A stretch of DNA of 64,000 bases. It comes from Podarcis erhardii. Lineage: Eukaryota. The notes under the pieces were generated by a model. That model ran no database searches. It saw only the letters and a list, made by a program, of their open reading frames with translations, and had not been told where the DNA came from. Position numbers and translations under genes: made by a program. Below, one piece after another: positions 59,795-64,000 of this stretch. Within the stretch, counting starts at the first letter, position 1. Each line of letters begins with the position of its first letter. The DNA lies in NCBI GenBank assembly GCA_964252035.1, contig OZ176214.1; one strand, 5' to 3'.

Positions 59795-62126
59795 CTTACC
59801 GTGTTTCTCTAGTGTTCACAAATTACATTTGTAGTTCAGTAAAGAAGTTTAAAAAAATTAAAGCCATTTGTTAGAAGGAAACTACTGGTTTGTAATATAT
59901 GAATGCAGTGAACTCATGGCTAGCTACTATATGGCAGGAGTAGCCAACCTGGTGCTACAGTTGTCATCCCACTGGCCATTCTGGCTGATTCTAATGAAAG
60001 TCAGGGTCCACAACATCCGGAAGGCACCTTGTTGAGCTGGCCAGTTTCTGTCGATAACTACAAACTGAATCTTTGTGTGAAAGCCTTGCCTTATTTGTGC
60101 AGGACCTTGAATGTCAACTGTTTGGATGCCAGTCAGACCATTGAAATGCCAGGTTAACCTTTCCTGACCATGCTGTGACCCCTTGTTAATTGAAGCTGTT
60201 CAGTGATGGTTTTGTTGAATTAAACATCTATCCAAAATTAATCCAGTATTGGTTAAAGACAAAACAACAGCCCAGACTGCTCCTTTAAAGTGGCCCCAAC
60301 AACCATAAGTAACCAATATGTCATTGTTAAAGTCTGACAAAATCAATATTAACAAATGGTTGACCGCAGAGTGTCAGTGTTCAGGGCAAACTTCATTAAT
60401 ATAAGAGCAGCCTGGAAGGTTCCAGCTGGCTTTTACTAGCAGGACCAAATTCTTGGGACAGCTATATAATGGATGTAGCATATCTCATAAATGGAAAACT
60501 AAACGCCAATAAAAATAACAACTATGCTTTCATGCAGCCTTTAATTCCCTTTCTCAAACCATTGTTTTCAGCACTTCCTGTTGATGAACAAGAACCATTA
60601 TTGCTTAGACTCCAAAAGGTTCAAAGCTTAATTTACTTGCCCCTGGGCTTAGGGAACAAGTGATTCATCAAACATGTGATTTATCTGAGACTGGGATTGT
60701 CTATAGGGTAGAATTTCTCAAGTGGATAAGCATGATTGAGATTGTGTTCTCTTCACAGCATCCTGATATAAATTTCCATTCAGAAAAGGAACACAAATTT
60801 GTAAACCATTTGTAAGAAGATGCTGTGCTATATGCGTAACATTATCACATGTTATAGATCACAGGAATCTATGTTACGATATTTTGCTTGGTCTGTTTCT
60901 TTCAATTTCCTTATTGTTCAAGTTGCTGCTTCGAAGGAGAATTCTAAGCACAAAAGAAATTTTGCAATACTGTTCTGTTTACTGCACTTCAAAAGTAATG
61001 AATCTGCAGTTATTACTAGCTGAAGTTAAGGTTTTATGTCTCCTTTAATAACGATAGTTGGCTAGTAGAACAAACTAGATGCTTCTCATGGAGAAAAAAC
61101 CAAGAGGAATTGGGTTTTTTATTTTTACAGCAGCTGACAAATTAGCAGCTGACAAATGTGACTTTGTATTTTCCTGTTTATATGAGATATGCAGATTACA
61201 CTATGATATAGTTCACCCAAACAAATGAAAAAAGCCAATGTTTAATTACAATGACTTGGACCCCAAATATCTGCAAGAGTGCATTCTCTCCTTTTACAGT
61301 CAGCAGAAAAGACTCTTCTTATAGTGCCATCTCCTTTGGAACGGAGAGGTGATGGCTTGCAAGAGAGCCTCCTCCGTAATGACCCCAAACCTAGAATTCA
61401 CTCCCATTCACCTGTGTCAGGGGCCAACTATATTTAACCTTAGGCAGTCACCAAGGATGCACCTATTCTTCCTGCCCTTTGCCTTTTGGATTTAACTTCA
61501 TATCCCTCTATATACTGAAAGCTGTCAGCTTCCAAACGGAAGAGTGATAGGAGCACCACATCATCAGCAGACAATATATCTTTTTATTCTTAATTGTTGG
61601 GGCAGGAGATTATACCTGTGTTAAGCATGGCATCATGCAATTTATATAAAAGTTAAAGGGGGGCAGTATGCAGCCTTGTTTCACATCTTTTGATGTTTTG
61701 AATGCCTCCAACAGGCATCCCCTTACACCCACTCTAACTCCGGTTTCAGTGCTGCGATATAGTTCACAGAATAATAATAATAGTCTAAGGTCTATATTAG
61801 CATTTGAGAATTTCTCCCACAGTTCTTTGAAGTTTAGCCTTGGTGAGAATTTACCACTAGTACTTGAAACCTAGAATGGCCTATATTCCCATACTTATAT
61901 AACAGAAATATGTTTTCACATTCCCATGAATTACCATTACATTATGTATTTAGCGGGAAAGTGTGCCTTACTGGGAAGGACTGGATATCCCCTGGTACAC
62001 TATTAACTAAAATCATATAATGAGAACAACCCATAGCCTAATCATTTATGTCAGTGATTTTGTTTCTAAAGAGTGAAGCAGTGAACGTTTAACCGGAAAA
62101 AAGTATTGCATGCAGATGACAGTGTT

Positions 62127-62283
62127 ATAGAATCATAGAATCATAGAACTGTAGAGTTGGAAGGGACCCTGAGGATCATCTAGTCCAACCCCCTGCAATG
62201 CAGGAATATGCAGCTGGTCCATACAGGGATCGAACCTGCAACCTTGGTGTTATCAGCACCATGGTCTAACCAACTGAGCTGAA
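62127..62283 (-). mobile_element. tRNA-derived SINE with a CR1-type 3' tail
   Basis: Minus strand: A-box agctcagttggttaga and B-box ggttcgatccc, then gggttggactagatgatcctcagggtcccttccaactctacagttctatgattctatgattcta. Confidence 0.82.
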
Positions 62284-64000
62284 GCATGTTCTGCTGACGA
62301 GCTGTTTCGTGAACTATTTAGAGGAAAACCACAAAACAACTCTATCAGGGGAAGCTCCTTTCCTTTGTGAATTATTTGAAAGTCAGACCATTGTTCGTAA
62401 ACTGAACTAGACCTTATTTCTTTTGCAATGATCAGGATATGTGACATCCTACCTCAGCGCTTGCTTTTCCCATTGTATTTGCCAGAACTGATCCAGAACT
62501 CCTTAGGCTTCATTCGGAAAAGGTCTTGTGTGTTCAGCCTGAAGGTGGGGGTGAGGGAAAGATGAATGCCTAGGTTGTATAAACATTCACTTTGATGCAC
62601 AAAAGACGAAAGATGAAATGATAAAGGCATCAGTGACTCATTGGGGAAATCGATACAGGCCAAAACATAGAAATGAAGGCATGGGAGAAACTATGGAAGA
62701 CAACAATGAACTTCTTGGCTTGTTATACTATAAAGGAAAATATGCAAAAAAAAATAAATAAATTAAAAAAATGTATAGGTGGTACCTAACCCCAAGCAAG
62801 ATTGCAAATATGTACAAAAGTGGATCCAGAATGTGAGGGGGATGCCAAGAGACAGAGGGGACTTTCATGCACATGTAGTGGTTATGTAAGCAGGCCAAAT
62901 GAATTTGGGAAATTATATATGTAGAACTAAAATAGAAGTTTAGGTGTACATTTCCCCCCAAAAGAGGCCTTCTTACTAGGTATAATAAACAGTGACATCC
63001 CCAAGAAGATACTCTGTCTCTTCCTACACGTGACTACAGCAGCTAGATTAGTGTATGCGCAGAAACCAAGTGATTAGTGTATGCATCAGAAACCAAGCTC
63101 ATGTATTAACACATGTGAACAATTGTTTAGCAGGGGAAGCCCAAATATTGTGGAATGCATTTGTCTTAACCAGAAAACTTATTTTAAGTAGAGACCCTAT
63201 CATTTAACTCAATTGTTTTAATGTTTGCTTTATACTCAGAGTTCTCTACCATTCAGTTCATTGAAGGGCTGATCCACACATTTGTTTGTCCCACGTTTTC
63301 TAGTATTTTGTGTCAATCTATTATCACCTTTCTGAGAAGTTGGGGGGGGGGCTGTCGCGCTGCTTTCCCTGGGGAAACCCACAATTTACTGCTGAATTGG
63401 AACAAATGTCAATCCATGGAAAGCCAAAAGAAAAATTTGTCCCTCTTCTGAACTAAAATAGTTTCTGAAGGGAATTTTGCATGCTTTCCCAAGAACTGTG
63501 TTGGAGGTGGCCTGCTCCTACCTCATTTCCTCCCCCCACCCCACTACCCCTGCAGGATAATTTTTCCAGTTGTCTCTCCAGCATTGAGCTGTATACTTCT
63601 GGTTTTCTCTGTATGCTTAATTTTTATATTCATTTTTCTTTCCTCTGTTTAGCACTCATATAAAAATTGTGACCAAACTGTTTATGTGCTACCAAAAAAA
63701 ACAGAAATATATGTGTGTAAAACGTGTGTGTGTTCCCGCTCAGTTGGTTGTGATGGCTCCAATAGTAGCTTTATTTTCTGTCTTTAATAATACATATTGA
63801 AAGGGTCCTGGTTCCTTTTGTATATGTCAAATGACTGTCCGATTATCCAGTGTTCTAATTCTCTGGTTTTCTTATTCTTTGACTCTCTGCCACAGATGGT
63901 TAGAGCTGAAGGTGGAGGCAACATTAAAAGTGGATTATTGAATATAGGAAGAATTAATGGGGAAATAGCGGGTTTCAGTGACTTTCCCCAAGTAAAATAT

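Noticed and set aside
62218-62283. tRNA gene
   Set aside because: The A and B boxes are present but there is no acceptor stem, and the head is fused to a CR1 tail, so it is a SINE head.
1-64000. Most ORF-track entries (60-140 aa, many starting GTG or TTG)
   Set aside because: This is eukaryotic intronic DNA. The ORFs have no recognisable domains, many are low-complexity or cross repeat boundaries, and their number is what chance would give.

Overview
This is vertebrate genomic DNA, AT-rich and repeat-rich. The Sauria SINEs with (ACCTTT)n tails point to a squamate, probably a lacertid lizard. The window holds one complete protein-coding gene, ANGPTL2, on the minus strand: four coding exons giving 487 aa, plus a probable non-coding exon 1 near 55.1-55.6 kb. 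ANGPTL2 is nested antisense in an intron of RALGPS1 (plus strand), of which I found only one 127-nt CDC25/RasGEF exon (17517-17643). The rest is intronic DNA full of transposon relics: Penelope fragments with minimal hammerhead-ribozyme motifs, a truncated Gypsy provirus, a probable solo LTR, L1/L2/CR1/RTE fragments, SINEs, pogo-like and hAT MITEs, and a deleted mariner. Most ORF-track entries are spurious. The best leads are (1) a 249-bp hairpin element with two head-to-head hammerheads and a 14-bp target-site duplication, (2) a miR-221/222 8mer next to a Pumilio element in the distal ANGPTL2 3' UTR, (3) transposon-borne promoter or enhancer motif clusters 3-4 kb upstream of ANGPTL2, and (4) an ATG-TAA start-stop uORF in exon 1. 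I cannot establish a previously undescribed system from the sequence alone. Comparisons with human sequences are from memory and need checking by alignment.
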